Shown here piece by piece: positions 13,707-26,305 of a stretch of 64,000 bases of DNA. Position 1 is the stretch's first letter, and the number at the start of each line of letters is the position of its first letter. The notes under the pieces were generated by a model. That model saw nothing but the letters and a program-made list of their open reading frames with translations, was not told the DNA's origin and searched no databases. A program made the position numbers and the translations under genes. The stretch spans positions 67,704,001 to 67,768,000 of the forward strand of contig OX597821.1 of the NCBI GenBank assembly GCA_951406725.2, in the 5' to 3' direction. Origin of the DNA: Octopus vulgaris. Lineage: Eukaryota.

Positions 13707-13911
13707 TTGTGTGTCTGTGTCCCCCCCAACATCGCTTGACAACCGATGCTGGTATGTTTACGTCCCCGTAATTTAGCGGTTCAGCAAAAGGAGCGATAGA
13801 ATAAGTACTAGGCTTACAAAGAATAAGTCCTGAGGTTGATTTGCTCCACTAAAGGCGGTGCTCCAACATGGCCACAGTCAAATGACTGAAGCAAGTAAAA
13901 GAGTAAAAGAG
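13516..13911 (+). mobile_element. SINE family A, full length
   Basis: A-box tggctgagtgg, B-box ggttcagttcc, ccttgggcaagtgtc CORE-like segment, internal (TA)(TG), tail gtaaaagagtaaaaga. Confidence 0.93.
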
Positions 13912-14589
13912 AGAGTAGAGTATGTATACACAACCTCGAATAAGGAACACATATATACATATATATATATACCTGTGTGTGTGTATGTGTGTCTGTGTCT
14001 GTGTGTGTGTGCGTGTGCGTGTGCGGAGGTGCATGTGTGTGTCTGTTTTCTTCGTCTCCAGAAAAAATCAAACTACTATAATGACATGATACTTCAGTAG
14101 AATCGTTGATCCCTTGAGATTATATACCTTTCTCATTTGAGTGAGTTGCTATTGCCACGAGGTATTTGTTTACTTTCCTCCGAAGTGAAGGCTCCTTGAG
14201 TAAATCAAGGATATATCAATTCCAGAATTTAGTTTTTACTTTTCCTTGTCTTTGTTTTTACGAATTCATGACATTGACCACACTGTTTTCCCCCTTTACA
14301 TCATTGACGCTTAGATATGCATATATGTATGTACGTGTGTGCATGTATATATATATATATATATCTATATATATATATATATGTGTGTATGTGTGTGTGC
14401 GTGCGTGTCTGTGTTTGTGTGCGTGTGTGTATATAGACACACACTTAAACATGCATTCATGTCTGTATACATATGTATACATATGTATATATATATATAG
14501 GGAGAGAGAGAGAGAGAGAGAGTGAATTATATATATTAAAAGAGAGAGAGGAGAGAATTATACATATATGCATACACATGTATATTATT

Positions 14590-15690
14590 TCATATGCTCA
14601 ATATTTACATATGAGCTACTATAAGCTTCATGCTCTGATAGAACAATAATTAAGGCGATCTTGTATTGCATCCCTAGTACCATATTACAATTTTCGAGGC
14701 TCAAAATATAACATTCCTGGTCTCTGAGAAAGAAGAAAAAGAAAACATCGAGAATAAATACTAGAGAAAAATTATAAATGAATAAATGGCAGAAGGGAAT
14801 TAGCATGGATGGAAGGGTCATAAAAATTGTGTTCTTTGGTCCTCCAAAGTGAAAATCAACAATGGTTGTTGTGGTTGATTTGACTGGGAAAGGGTAAAGC
14901 TTCTGAGACTGTATGTCTAATCCTGAGAAGGTTGTTCACCAATTGATAATATAAACTTGTTGAGATACCTTCATTTAGTGAACATTTCAGATCTAGTATT
15001 CAGTAAGTCAGTCTATTTCTTATATTTTAACAAACTCTATTAGTTCTTTCAACAATACAAAGCTTTCACATACTTAACCCTCAATGTATGACCGTTGTTC
15101 GCCCTACAATGATACTCTTGATCGTGTGGAGCAATTTTCAGATCCCAGATATGGTTAACTTATTTTGTGGGTTTTTTCTTGCCTGCATACCAGAAGGAAG
15201 ACTGGTATTTAGCATTTATTTTTAAAGCTAATTTCACACAGTCTGATATGCGTTTTATTTTCGAGTTTCAATATTTTGTAGAAGTGCTGATGTCTGCTTC
15301 CTATACCGCTGAAGAAACCATGCATGCATCATCGAGTGGGCAACTATATAGGTCTCGCAGTTACATTTTGGATTAGGTGCCTCGTGTGACTCACTCACAT
15401 GCAATAACCTTTTCATGTTGGAGAAGTAGCCGTAAGAAACTTTCATTGAACGTCTCTTAAATATTTTTTTATAACTATCGCTATTCAGGAAATGAGTATC
15501 TATCAAAAAAGGGTATTTTCTATATTTTTCTTAACATTCAAAGTGAAAGTGGACGGCAGCCATATACTCCTCCTAGATTTATTTTTAGGCTTCGTACTCT
15601 ATATGATAAGAATATAAGCCATCTTCTCTTTGACGCCATTCTTAGTCAGGACAACATACATTGAGGTACCTTATCGAATATTTTCTTACA
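14590..15690 (-). mobile_element. Penelope-like element 3' fragment: RT thumb, Cys linker and C-terminal GIY-YIG endonuclease (Hydra-clade-like), decayed
   Basis: RRSIW...NVKKNI, LIDTHF...KKIFKRRSMKVSYGYFSNM, KCNC-x5-CPLDDAC, HIWDLK, *KLCIVER, LLNTRSEMFTK*RYLNKFIL. These match the PLE pattern LIDKHF..KIFNRN..KVSYSCM.N / CxC..CPL.G.C / CxLC..EK / LLN.RSE..KCRH. Confidence 0.85.
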
Positions 15691-15764
15691 GGTGGAGAGA
15701 TTCAATATCCTATATATATATATATCTTTTTCTCGAGAGAAACATTAAACCATCGGTGTATATC

Positions 15765-15990
15765 TCTTACTTCGCTGTTGGGGCGCCAGCCTTAAGATTT
15801 TCATCGAAAACGTCGACACCACTACTTCTGTTTAAGCGAGGTATACCTATTCTGTTGCAATTTCTTTTTTTGCCAAAATGCTGCTATGTCAAGATTAACA
15901 AAAATCTGTTATCAAGTAATGATAGTACACAAACGTAAAAAACAAATACGCTCAAACATACACACATATACATACACACACACAGAGACT
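15765..15990 (-). mobile_element. Old 3' half of a family-A-like SINE
   Basis: Degenerate match to the reverse complement of the family A tail (gctgttggggcgcc..., tattctgttg, tttttgccaaa, atcaag). Confidence 0.5.
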
Positions 15991-16027
15991 TATATATATA
16001 TATAATTATCAGTGACTGTAGCAGTAT

Positions 16028-16175
16028 TGGGCAAGTATCTTCTACTATAGCCTCGGGCTGACCAACCGACCAAAGCCTTGTGAGTGGATTTAGTAAAGGA
16101 AACTGAAAGAAGCCCGTCGTATATATATACACACAGGAGGTGTCTGTATGGTAGTAGCTTGCTTACCAGCCACAT
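16028..16175 (+). mobile_element. Family A fragments in permuted order (body 16028-16125, then a head 16135-16175)
   Basis: ttgggcaagtatcttctactatagcc...gaagcccgtcgtata is followed by aggaggtgtctgtatggtagtagcttgcttaccagccacat. Confidence 0.75.
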
Positions 16176-16439
16176 AACGATACAATATACACGGAATAGC
16201 CTCCACTGCGGAATAGCCTCCACCAATTCGTTAGCTCGTCAATAAACCGCTTACGTACACTGTAAAACACGCACAAAAATAATGGCAGACGAAAGTATTA
16301 TATTTTCAGAGAAAGAAATCTTAAAATATTCAACTGTGAAATTTGAGTTCCAATATGGCTTTCGTGGAGATGGCTAAAGCAATCTAAAGAAGAGATTACG
16401 ATGATGACTTTTAAGCTATTGTTTCTTAGAAACTAACAG

Positions 16440-16524
16440 ATGAACTGACAAACAGACAGACCAGACAGACAGGCAGGCAGGTAGGCAGACAGACAGACAG
16501 ATAGACAGACAGACACATAGACAT

Positions 16525-16608
<84 letters not shown>

Positions 16609-16641
16609 GTAGGTAGGTAGGTAGATAGGTAGGTAGATAGG

Positions 16642-16716
<75 letters not shown>

Positions 16717-16740
16717 GTTGGTAGGCAGGTAGGTAGGTAG
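16440..16740. repeat. (GACA)/(GATA)/(GGTA) compound tetranucleotide repeat
   Basis: Visible. Confidence 0.95.
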
Positions 16741-17358
16741 TGCATGAAAGAAAAGAAAATAAGATTATGATAATGCGATATTTGAATGAGTACTTTTAGT
16801 GGAATAGAATGAAGAATGAAATACAGAAATACAGAGAAGAGATGTAGAGACATAGAGAGAAGAGAGGGAGAGAGAGAGAGAGAGATGGTGTATGTGTGCG
16901 TGCGTGCGTGTCTGACTTTGCTTCGTGTGAGTGCGTATGTGGTGTGTATGTGTGCCTGTGTCACAGAAGGAAAGAAACAAACAAATAAAAATATGAATAA
17001 AAAGTTTTTAAAAATAGAAAGAAAACTGAAGGAGAGGAGTGGAGAAGTATGCAAGTGGAGAAGAGTGAAATTATAATAGAAGGTCGACGGAACGACTTGA
17101 TTAAATATAGAGGAAAGTGAGAGATGATGCTATAGAATGGCATAAATGGCTGCAGCATCGCCCATATTCTAAAAGAGAGACTTCCTACTATTCAATGGCC
17201 AACCATTCCATGTAAGTAGCGAACTGGGAAATCTTGGTAAGAACCTGAAGCAATAAAACTTAAAAACCGCTCGTCTCAAATAGAGACAGCGTCATCAACG
17301 CCACAATTAGATAGACGCCAGTGGAACCAACGAGATATCAACGTCAGCAACAGTGTTT

Positions 17359-17359
17359 T

Positions 17360-17400
<41 letters not shown>

Positions 17401-17436
17401 ATACCACCACCACCACCACCACTACTACTACTACTA

Positions 17437-17480
<44 letters not shown>

Positions 17481-17481
17481 G
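17359..17481. repeat. (CTA)n/(CCA)n trinucleotide repeat
   Basis: Visible. Confidence 0.95.
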
Positions 17482-17678
17482 ATATAGCTACTAGCAATAT
17501 GTACCAACATTAATGGCTCTTGGTGGCTCTTGTGTTGATTTTGAAGATGAAGTGTTCGAGCTGTTCGATCAACGGAGTTAACTAATCATTGTATTACGTT
17601 GTAAGTGGCTGTATATTTCGCAGTCATAAACTTTCGACAGATACTTCATGAACTCTCTGTGCTCGAGGTGTATGTACC

Positions 17679-17722
<44 letters not shown>

Positions 17723-18384
17723 CAAGACTGCACATTCGAATTACAAGTAAAGTCCATCTGGTGCACTTTCCGCAAGTTTTCCTTCAAATCCAACAACACC
17801 AAAGTTAGATCAAACCGAGACATCCATTTGAAGACGTCTATTGAAGGTTCCGCGCTATTGTGTCACACTGCAACCTGTTGGTTCAGAAGCAACTACATTA
17901 TCCATTCAGCAACGCAGCCCACATTATATCAACAGCACTGAAGAGATATCAAAAGTATCCCTACCAAGTATGTAAAAAGCCACCAACGTGGACAACACTG
18001 CTAGAAATCGTAGCCAAGCTGTCAGCGTGTTGTTTTTAGAAAAAAGTCATATTACTCACTGATGTCATATATGCACATTGTTGAAAATGTTAACGGGGCT
18101 CTCACCAACGGGAATGCATGGATTGTATACTAAACAGCAGCATTATCAGAGACTTAGAACAACGTCCCCAACAAAGCGTCACTACAGCCACCAGCAGAAC
18201 CGATAGAGTTTAGAAAGCATTCATACAGCCACCATATTTGTTATATCCTTACGCCTCCATTATCGTAGTAAGGTTGATATTGTCGACGATAGGTAAAGAA
18301 TACACAGTAACAGTGTTATACGAAATAGATACAGCGGCAGTAACAAAAACGCAACGAACCAACAATCCGTATTTCCAACACACT

Positions 18385-18537
18385 CTTTATGTTCTGAGCT
18401 TAAATTCCGCCAAGGTCGTCTTTGCTTTTCATCCTTTCGGGATCGATAAATTAACTACCATTTGCGCATTGGGGTCGATCTAATCGACTGGCCTCCTCCC
18501 CAAAAATTTCGGGCCTTGTGCCTAGAGTAGAAAAGAA
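18385..18537 (+). mobile_element. 5'-truncated SINE family B (Meta-domain-like) with 15-bp TSD
   Basis: TSD tatttccaacacact at 18370-18384 and 18538-18552. Core ctttgcttttcatcctttcgggatcgataaattaactacc. Confidence 0.92.
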
Positions 18538-18920
18538 TATTTCCAACACACTAACACACTAAATTATACCTGGACTTCGAAGACCAAACTACGAAGTGCC
18601 GACTACGTCAGACCGCTACTATTTATATGTAGTGATGCCGTCTATTCTCGTCGAGAGGTGTTGAACTGTCGTTCATCAATCAAAGCTTGCCTGAAATTAA
18701 TACAAAAACAAAAGATAAGCACTTTGGAGAAGTGTAGTACCGCGTACTAGAAAGTGGGTTTTGCCGTGACTGGGATATCCGTGTAAATTGGTCTACATAT
18801 TCACGAGTGATCTGGAACTTACTAACAGCTGAAATATAATCAATGCGAAGCAAAACTATTGATGTCACAACCAATACATTACAATCGCCATCAGTATTTA
18901 GGCAATATAGCAATAACTAT

Positions 18921-19260
18921 ATTTCGTCTCTCTTTGTGTTCTGAGCTCAAATTCCGTCGAGGTCGACTTTGCTTTTCATCCGTTCGGGGTCGATAAATTA
19001 AGTACCGGGTGCGTAATGGGGTCGGTCTAATCGACTGGCACCCACCCCCAAATTTCAGGCTTTGTGCATAGAGTAGAAAATAATAGAGCAATAACTATAT
19101 TTCGTGTGTCTTTATGTTCTGAGTTCAAATTCCGCCGAGGTAGACTTTGCTTTTCATCCGTTTGTAGTCGATATAGTAAGTACCAGTTGCGTACTGGTGT
19201 GGATTTAATCGATCGGCCCCCTCAACCAACATTTCAGGCCTTGCGCCTAGAGTAGAAAAG
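18921..19260 (+). mobile_element. Tandem dimer of identically 5'-truncated family B SINEs
   Basis: Period about 178 bp. The flank aatatagcaataactat occurs at 18904, 19082 and (degenerate) 19261. Confidence 0.9.
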
Positions 19261-19537
19261 AATATATCAATAATTAAAAAAAAATGAAATCAACAACAAT
19301 ACCAATAAAACGTTATTAGTACAATCGTCACCATCGCTAACGATTATGATAGCACAAACACAGCCAAATACACACCCGTGAACACTACTACAACTACCAC
19401 AACACGTTTAACACTAGCACTGCTCTCACCCTTCCTGTAAGAATCAGCTTTTGTTTTCCCGACACTGATAAGAGAACCGCTGAAAATGTTTACAAAAACA
19501 ATAACCACCACCAGCAGCAGCAGCAGCAGTAGTAGCT

Positions 19538-19585
<48 letters not shown>

Positions 19586-20251
19586 ATGGTGATAGTGGTG
19601 GTGGTGGTTCCTATTCATGTAGTTGACAGGATGTAAAATTAATCTGTCGTTTTTTGATGAAAAGAAAATGTTTATAACGCCAACGTTGCCATCATCATCA
19701 TCATCATCATCATTATCGTTAGTATTAACAATAGCAGCAGCAGCAGTAGCATAATAGTTAACGCCATAATAATCACGTTTAGAAAGCTCATTATTAACAT
19801 TCAGTGGCATCAACATACGGTCTGTAACACATTATCATCATCATCATCATCATCATCATAAAGAAGAATTTAAAGTTTTGTGGAGGTAGTTGTTCAGTGG
19901 ATTGCTTATCTCCTGTTCAAGTGTTATGGAACACCATCCTTATTTGCGGGATGCAGATTTACATTAACCAGTTGGTTGTCTGGTGCCTTATCCAACTGTA
20001 TTATGAAGGGAATACGAGAGGAAAAATCATTAATCAGATAATCGAAGCAATAGCGGTTGGAAGATAATCATCGGAACCAAACTGAATTCTCAAACTAAGA
20101 CGCTAAGCTGTAAATAATTACCAGGGGTGGAATGAAACATTCCTTTAAGCGCAACATGCAGTGTTGTATGGAGCCTTATCTGGCAATGATACATGTAGAA
20201 TATCTAATGTGTCGTCAAATGAAATACGTAAATATTAATATCGAATTTTGT

Positions 20252-20550
20252 GGAGACACATGGCCTAATGGTTAGAGCAGCAGGCTCGCGGTCGAAGGAC
20301 CGCGGGTTCCAATCTCAGACCGGGTGGTGTGTGTGTGTGTGTTTATGAGCGAAAACCTAAGCTCTACGCGGCTCCGGCAGAAGGTAATGGCGAACTTCTG
20401 CTGACTCTTTCGCCACAACTTTCTCTCACCCTTTGCTCTTGCAGCCTACCTGCGACGGACTGGCGTGCCGTCCAGGTGGGGAACCTATACGCCAAGGAAA
20501 TCTGGAAACTGGCCCTTATGAGCCAGGCATGGCTCGAGAAGGAACAAAAA
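20252..20550 (+). mobile_element. SINE family D, full length
   Basis: A-box tggcctaatgg, B-box ggttccaatct. Body ctctttcgccacaactttctctcac...tgcgacggactggcgtgccgtccagg is shared with 28509, 42793 and 56311. Confidence 0.88.
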
Positions 20551-20555
20551 AATAT

Positions 20556-20742
20556 TTCAAATTTTGGCTTAGACCAAGAATTTTTTTTTTTTCGCGGGTT
20601 GGTGGGTAAGTCAATTAAACCGACCATAGTGTTTAACTGGTACTTATTTCATAGACACTGAAATGAAAGGCAAAGTGGACTTTGGTAGAATTTGAACTCT
20701 GAAATGTAAAGACAGATAAAGTGCTGGTAAGAATTTTGCCTG
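20556..20742 (-). mobile_element. Old family B SINE
   Basis: ctggtacttattt...gaaaggcaaagtggactttggtagaatttgaactc is the reverse complement of the B core. Confidence 0.75.
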
Positions 20743-21865
20743 AATTTTGCTGACGAGTAATATCTAAAATTGGACAGGGAGCCAAATATATAAGAGTTGG
20801 AGAAACGACCCGATAACTCGACTCAAGTGCTGCACTTGGTTTCCAGGTTTAATATCAAATACAGAAGCGTTAAAGGGTACAAATAATCACGAGGTGTTTA
20901 AGTTAACTTAATCATATCTGCCATTACATTGTTTTAACCAAAATATTGCAAAGAAACCAGAGAGAAAGGAGCCAGTATGCAAATGCATAAATGAAAACAT
21001 GCTTTCTAAAAGCAGACATCTATAGAAACGGATTCAATACTAATTTTAAAAAAAGACTCCTGCACAAGCAAAATAGTTCCTCCTATCACCAGTATATGAT
21101 AACACCAATGCGAATCTGATAAATATGTAGAGATCACGGGATAACGGTAACATCACCCGCTTGATTTCTCGAAAACTACGATAAAAGCACAAGAGTTTAG
21201 AAATAAAAAGAAATATTTTAATCGCCGTCAAAGTTTGCACAGTTATAATAAATCCGTGTATTGAATCTGATTCTGGTTTTATTCTACGAAATAAGGACAC
21301 AGAATATACACACCCACACACTTATCACTGAAGTAGCTGGAATAAGGCGAGAAGCGTTGAATGTGTCATTATTTAAAGCAAGATGGCAGCTATTTGTTGA
21401 ACAACAGAACAGGACATGTCATTAATTAAACAATTACGATGTTACAAAGCCATGGATGTGTCATTATCTACCATAGAATAACCATGTAGAAGAGAAATTA
21501 AAATAACACTTTAAAGTATGCGTATGATGAACGTTTTCATTGAGCACCGTCATTACCTATTCTATTTAAATGCTGTCTGTTTGAATAATATATAATGTAG
21601 AGACGCCATTCACATGAAAAATTATAGATGTACACTCTAAGATATTTACATAGTCATGCATTGTTTACAATTTCACCAGTAATATGAAGACTACACTTCG
21701 TAGTTCATAATAGAAATGTTCATATCCATGCTTGTCTCACGTACTTACTGAGAAAATAACAAAACCATAAATCTGTGAATAATAACTTTTTTTTCCTTTT
21801 GTAGCCGTATATGATCAGATTTTTAATACTTCAAACATTAAACAGTTTAAATTGTTTTAACTATA

Positions 21866-22072
21866 GGCGTACGAGTGGTTGTGTGGATAGGCGTGGGAGT
21901 GGCTGTGTGGTAAGTAGCTTACTAACGAACCACATGGTTCCGGGTTCAGTCTCACTGCGTGGCACCTTGGGCAAGTGTTTTCTACTATAGCCTCAGGCCG
22001 ACCAAAGCCTTGTGAGAGGATTTGATAGACAGAAACTGAAAAAAGCCCGTCGTACATATATATATATATATA

Positions 22073-22112
<40 letters not shown>

Positions 22113-22320
22113 CTTGTGTGTCTGTGTTTGTCCCCCCACCTTCGCTTGGCAACTGATGCTGGTGTGTTTACGTCCCCGTAACTTAATGGTTCGGCAAGAG
22201 AGACCGATAGAATAAGTACTAGGCTTACAAAGAATAAGTCCTGGGATCGATTTGGGCGACTAAAGGCGGTGCTCCAGCATGGCTGCAGTCAAATGACTGT
22301 AACAATTAAAAGAAAAGAAA
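21866..22320 (+). mobile_element. SINE family A with tandemly duplicated 24-bp head
   Basis: ataggcgtacgagtggttgtgtgg + ataggcgtgggagtggctgtgtgg, then the full family A body and tail. Confidence 0.93.
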
Positions 22321-22617
22321 AAATAAATAAATAAGTAAATAATACCTGCAGATGTTGTCTACAGAAATTTATGTCAGCACAATTTAATTTCCCTCTGCCA
22401 AATTTTGCACAGTTGAAGCAATATGCCGAAGAGATTTGTTAATCGTTATTAAGTATTAACTGATATATCGTGCCAAAAATAGAGCGTGTACATGATTGTA
22501 TGAAATGCTGCAAAAAGCGGCCATGTCTCTCTGGAAACACACCACAATCGTAGATAAAGTAAACCTACAGTTTTCTAAACAGTCTTGATAGGAATTACTG
22601 GTATGGAATAAATTTTT

Positions 22618-22837
22618 ACGGAGGCAAACTAGTAGAATTCTTAGCACGCCGGGAAAAATGCTTAACGGCATTTCATCCGCCTCCACGTTCTGAATTCAAA
22701 TTCTACCAAGGTCGACCTTGCCTTTTATCCTTTTGTTGTCGATAAAATAAGTATCAGTTGAATACAGCGGTTGATATAATTGACTTACTGCCTTTCCGAA
22801 ATTGCTAGTCTTGTGCCAGCATTTGAAACCATTATTA
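22618..22837 (+). mobile_element. Family B SINE, older subfamily (tail cttgtgccagcatttgaaacc)
   Basis: ttagcacgccgggaaaaatgcttaacggcatttc...gaattcaaattc...ggtcgaccttgcctttt. Confidence 0.85.
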
Positions 22838-24350
22838 AGCATTAACTAACAATCTCAGTGAAAAAGGGGGCATGGACATTGTCGCTTCACATGCTGCAAA
22901 TAGCAGCCAAGTCTCCCTGGAAACATACTACCATCTTATATAATGCAGTCTTACAGTCTTCTAAGTATACTGGATGAGATTGCCGGTATTGGTCATAAAT
23001 CACGGATAAACAAGAAGCTTTGCAATAACCAAATCCATTAACGTATTAAGAAACTAAGCGCTGGCATACTTGATGTACTTAAATGACATATATGTTGAAG
23101 AGAACACTCATTCTTTAAGATATCAATCATGTAAAAACTACAGGAAGACAATCTCGAAATATACGTAATAAAATTGAGAAAGTATGGAATTAAATATGGA
23201 ATATAATAGGAATCTTTCAAATCTTTAACAGAACGGTGACATACACAGATATATTTCGGGATAACTTCCTTCTCCGTATAGGCTTTGTGCTCTGAACAGT
23301 TTGGGCCGACTGAAGAATTTCAGTCACATATATTTTTCAGGATTTTTTTCAGTAATCCCTATGCAGCATTTTTTATCATTGTTATCTTCAACCTGACTTT
23401 TGTTTGATAAACTAAAGTTGGATGAATGCACACACAGGGAAAAGTGTAGGTAATTTAATTCCTTGGAATGACATGATGAAGAAAAGTTTTGCGTTTTCTT
23501 TTAATGGAAAATGTTTATCTTGTTTATGGTGGTTATGGAAGAAGCGACTTTTTGGTGCAATATATATGCACTAAATATCTTATGATAGCTGTGTTCTACT
23601 GGAAAATACGCATGTATGTTTTAAGAAAATCCCGACAAGATTGAAACGCACATTAATTTATAAATTATTGAGATTTCTGTTTTAGTGCTTATCAATATTA
23701 ATTTTGCTCTGTGTGTAACTTATGTTTCTATTAATGTATCATTATGAGGAAAAGTAAGGCGAAAGTAATCCTTGAGAGAGAATGAATAGGACATGCGCTT
23801 AGTTGTGTTACAAAATGTATTTTTCAGAATGATTTAAGATAGTTGGAATTCATATTAATGCTCTGTAATTTCTCGTTATATTTACTTAAAGATAATTCAA
23901 TGGCAGGAGGTAAAAATTGGATTATACCTAAGAAATTAAGTATGCTTGGATTCGAATTTACCGTGATAATAAAAACTAGTACTGCGTGTAGGTAATTGGA
24001 TTCCCTCCAAAGAGCATCCGCTAAATGCAAATTCATACTACACAAAATATGTTTTACGCATGTGACACTTAAACTGTATAAACATCGTGAGGCTCTGAAA
24101 GTATACAGATAAAAATAGTATGTATTCTGCGCATAGAAATTCAATAAATGTTATGTGACGGCAGCAATCAAATATCTATGTACAGTTGGCTATTCGTATT
24201 TTGATGTGTGCACGAATATTGTTTGTTTAGCTGTTCTGATGCTGTTCCTCTGTTTTGCTCGTCTCGATGTCGGTGCAATGAAACTGAGCTATGGTAAATG
24301 GGAAACAAACCACTTATATTAAATACACAAATACTACTTCATGTATTGAG

Positions 24351-24472
24351 GGTATTTCATCCGTCTTTATGTTTTGAGTTCAAATTCCGCCTCGATCAAA
24401 TTAGCCTCTCATGCTTTCGAGGTCGATAGAATAATTACTAGTTGAGCACTGGGGGTCGATGTAATCGACTTA
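24351..24472 (+). mobile_element. Family B SINE internal fragment
   Basis: ggtatttcatccgtctttatgttttgagttcaaattccgcc...gggtcgatgtaatcgactta. Confidence 0.8.
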
Positions 24473-25489
24473 ACTACAGATGGGTAGTATAAAAAAATTC
24501 TACCCCTCTAACAAGCAATGTCGAGCCAGTGTGACACAGAAGGCTCGTCAAACTTGTATGATCTCAAGCACAAATTCACGGCCTCCACAACGGACTGTGG
24601 TTGGAGGAGAGAACATGTTGAGGCCTTCGTCGTGCAATGGACTGAACATGGTCAATCCAATCCTGTCCATGACATATGGTTAATGCATGTGGTTTTTACT
24701 TACTGCATATGAAGGCATGAAGCAGACTCAAAATTTGAAATTGAAGGCTTGATTTGGACTAAACAAAACAGGTTGGATGGAGAGTTGCTGAAGAGGTCAC
24801 AAGATATATAACGAAAGATTTCCAGACAAAGGACATAAAATAATAAATCTGAAGTGAAGAACGAATATATAGTGCGTATGTTTATTTGGCAATAAAGTGA
24901 CCGTCCCGAAATGTAGCTTAATTTATAACCACTACTACAAGGAAATACTACAAATAAACGATATTTCAAGACACGGTAGAGTTGTTATAACAGACTTTCT
25001 AAAGAAGTGTATTTGAAATTCATTCTTTAAAATTTTAATTAATTCTTAAATTGTAATGTGTTTCTACGGCTAAAATCCCAAATATTTAATAAGATATCAC
25101 ACAAAATTTGCATATTGATTATAAAATCACATTCTAATTAATTTATTATAAATCAAGTCCACGTTGCAATAATTACTGTGCGTATTGGTGAGATTAATAA
25201 ACCTATTTCTAAGAAATATACTGAATTATCGTATGATAGCATACTTATTATTAATCACATAAAAAAAACAACAGCAAAAACAGTAGGAAAAATTTCGTTT
25301 CAACATAAAATACAACTTCACGGTTTTCGCACAAAATCAACGTCAGGACAGATGTCGTTAGCTAAGAATTGTTATAATTAATAAACCATAAATCATTAAA
25401 AACCAAACGTTGATTGGTTTTCAAAACGTCTATTATTTTCGTTAGAAGTTGTCTTTAAATTTGACTATATTGTTTAATAATGAATATAT

Positions 25490-25498
25490 GTCTGTCTG

Positions 25499-25531
<33 letters not shown>

Positions 25532-25740
25532 TTATCTGTCTATTTATCTATATATCATTGTTTCTTTCTCTCTCTCTCTCTCTCTCCCTCTCTCCCTTTA
25601 TCTATCTATATATCTGTCTCTCACTATTTCTTTTTCTCTATGTATCTATCTCTATTTCTCTCTCTATCACTCTCTCTATCTCTCTCTCTTTCTCTCTCTC
25701 TCTCTTTCTTTCTCTCTCTCTATCTATCTATCTCTATCTA

Positions 25741-25773
<33 letters not shown>

Positions 25774-25950
25774 TTATCTATTAATCTATCTATCTATGAT
25801 TGTTTCTTTTTCTCTCTCTCCTTCTATCTATCTGTCACTATTTCTCTTTCTCTTTATGTATCTATCTCTATTTATCTCTCTCTCTCTCTCTCTCTCTGAA
25901 TCTATCTATCTATCTATATATCTATCTACCTATGTATCTATCTATCTCCA
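25490..25950. repeat. (TCTA)n/(TC)n polypyrimidine-rich compound repeat
   Basis: Visible. Confidence 0.93.
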
Positions 25951-26068
25951 TTTCTCTCCCATTCTCCACATACTCATTGTATGTATGTATTTAGGTATGC
26001 ATGCATTATATACATATATATATATGCATGTTTGTATGCAAGCATGTGTGTGTGTGTGTGTATGTTAA

Positions 26069-26305
26069 ACTGTGGCTCAGTGGTTAAGATGTTGCACTCA
26101 AGATGGCGACATCGTGTTTTCGAATTTAGGACTAGAAAGTGCATTGTGTTCACTTTGCTCTGCGATGACTTCAACAGCTCACGAGTGGCACAACGTGCGC
26201 CTGCCTTTATAGGTAACGTCAATTCGATGGAAGATGTGAGCTAACGAACAACACCAACATTTGATCACAATAAACAAATATTGTGTGCAGCTTGTTAAGT
26301 AAGTT
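26069..26305 (+). mobile_element. Old tRNA-headed SINE (family-C-like head, different tail)
   Basis: A-box tggctcagtggttaag, degenerate B-box ttttcgaatt, then gcattgtgttc...ctttgctc as in family C. Confidence 0.55.

Noticed and set aside
14600-14690. Hammerhead in the pLTR of the 14.6-15.7 kb PLE (gcatgaagcttatagtagc, minus strand)
   Set aside because: The CUGAnGA box is not recoverable in this copy and GAAA is mutated.
18370-19277. Repeated units with spacers superficially like a CRISPR array
   Set aside because: Eukaryotic context; the units are SINE copies with TSDs, and there are no cas genes.
20252-20325. SINE heads (also 26069, 43020, 54630-54928, 56211) as functional tRNA genes
   Set aside because: A/B boxes are present but there is no complete cloverleaf or acceptor stem, and each continues into a repeat body.
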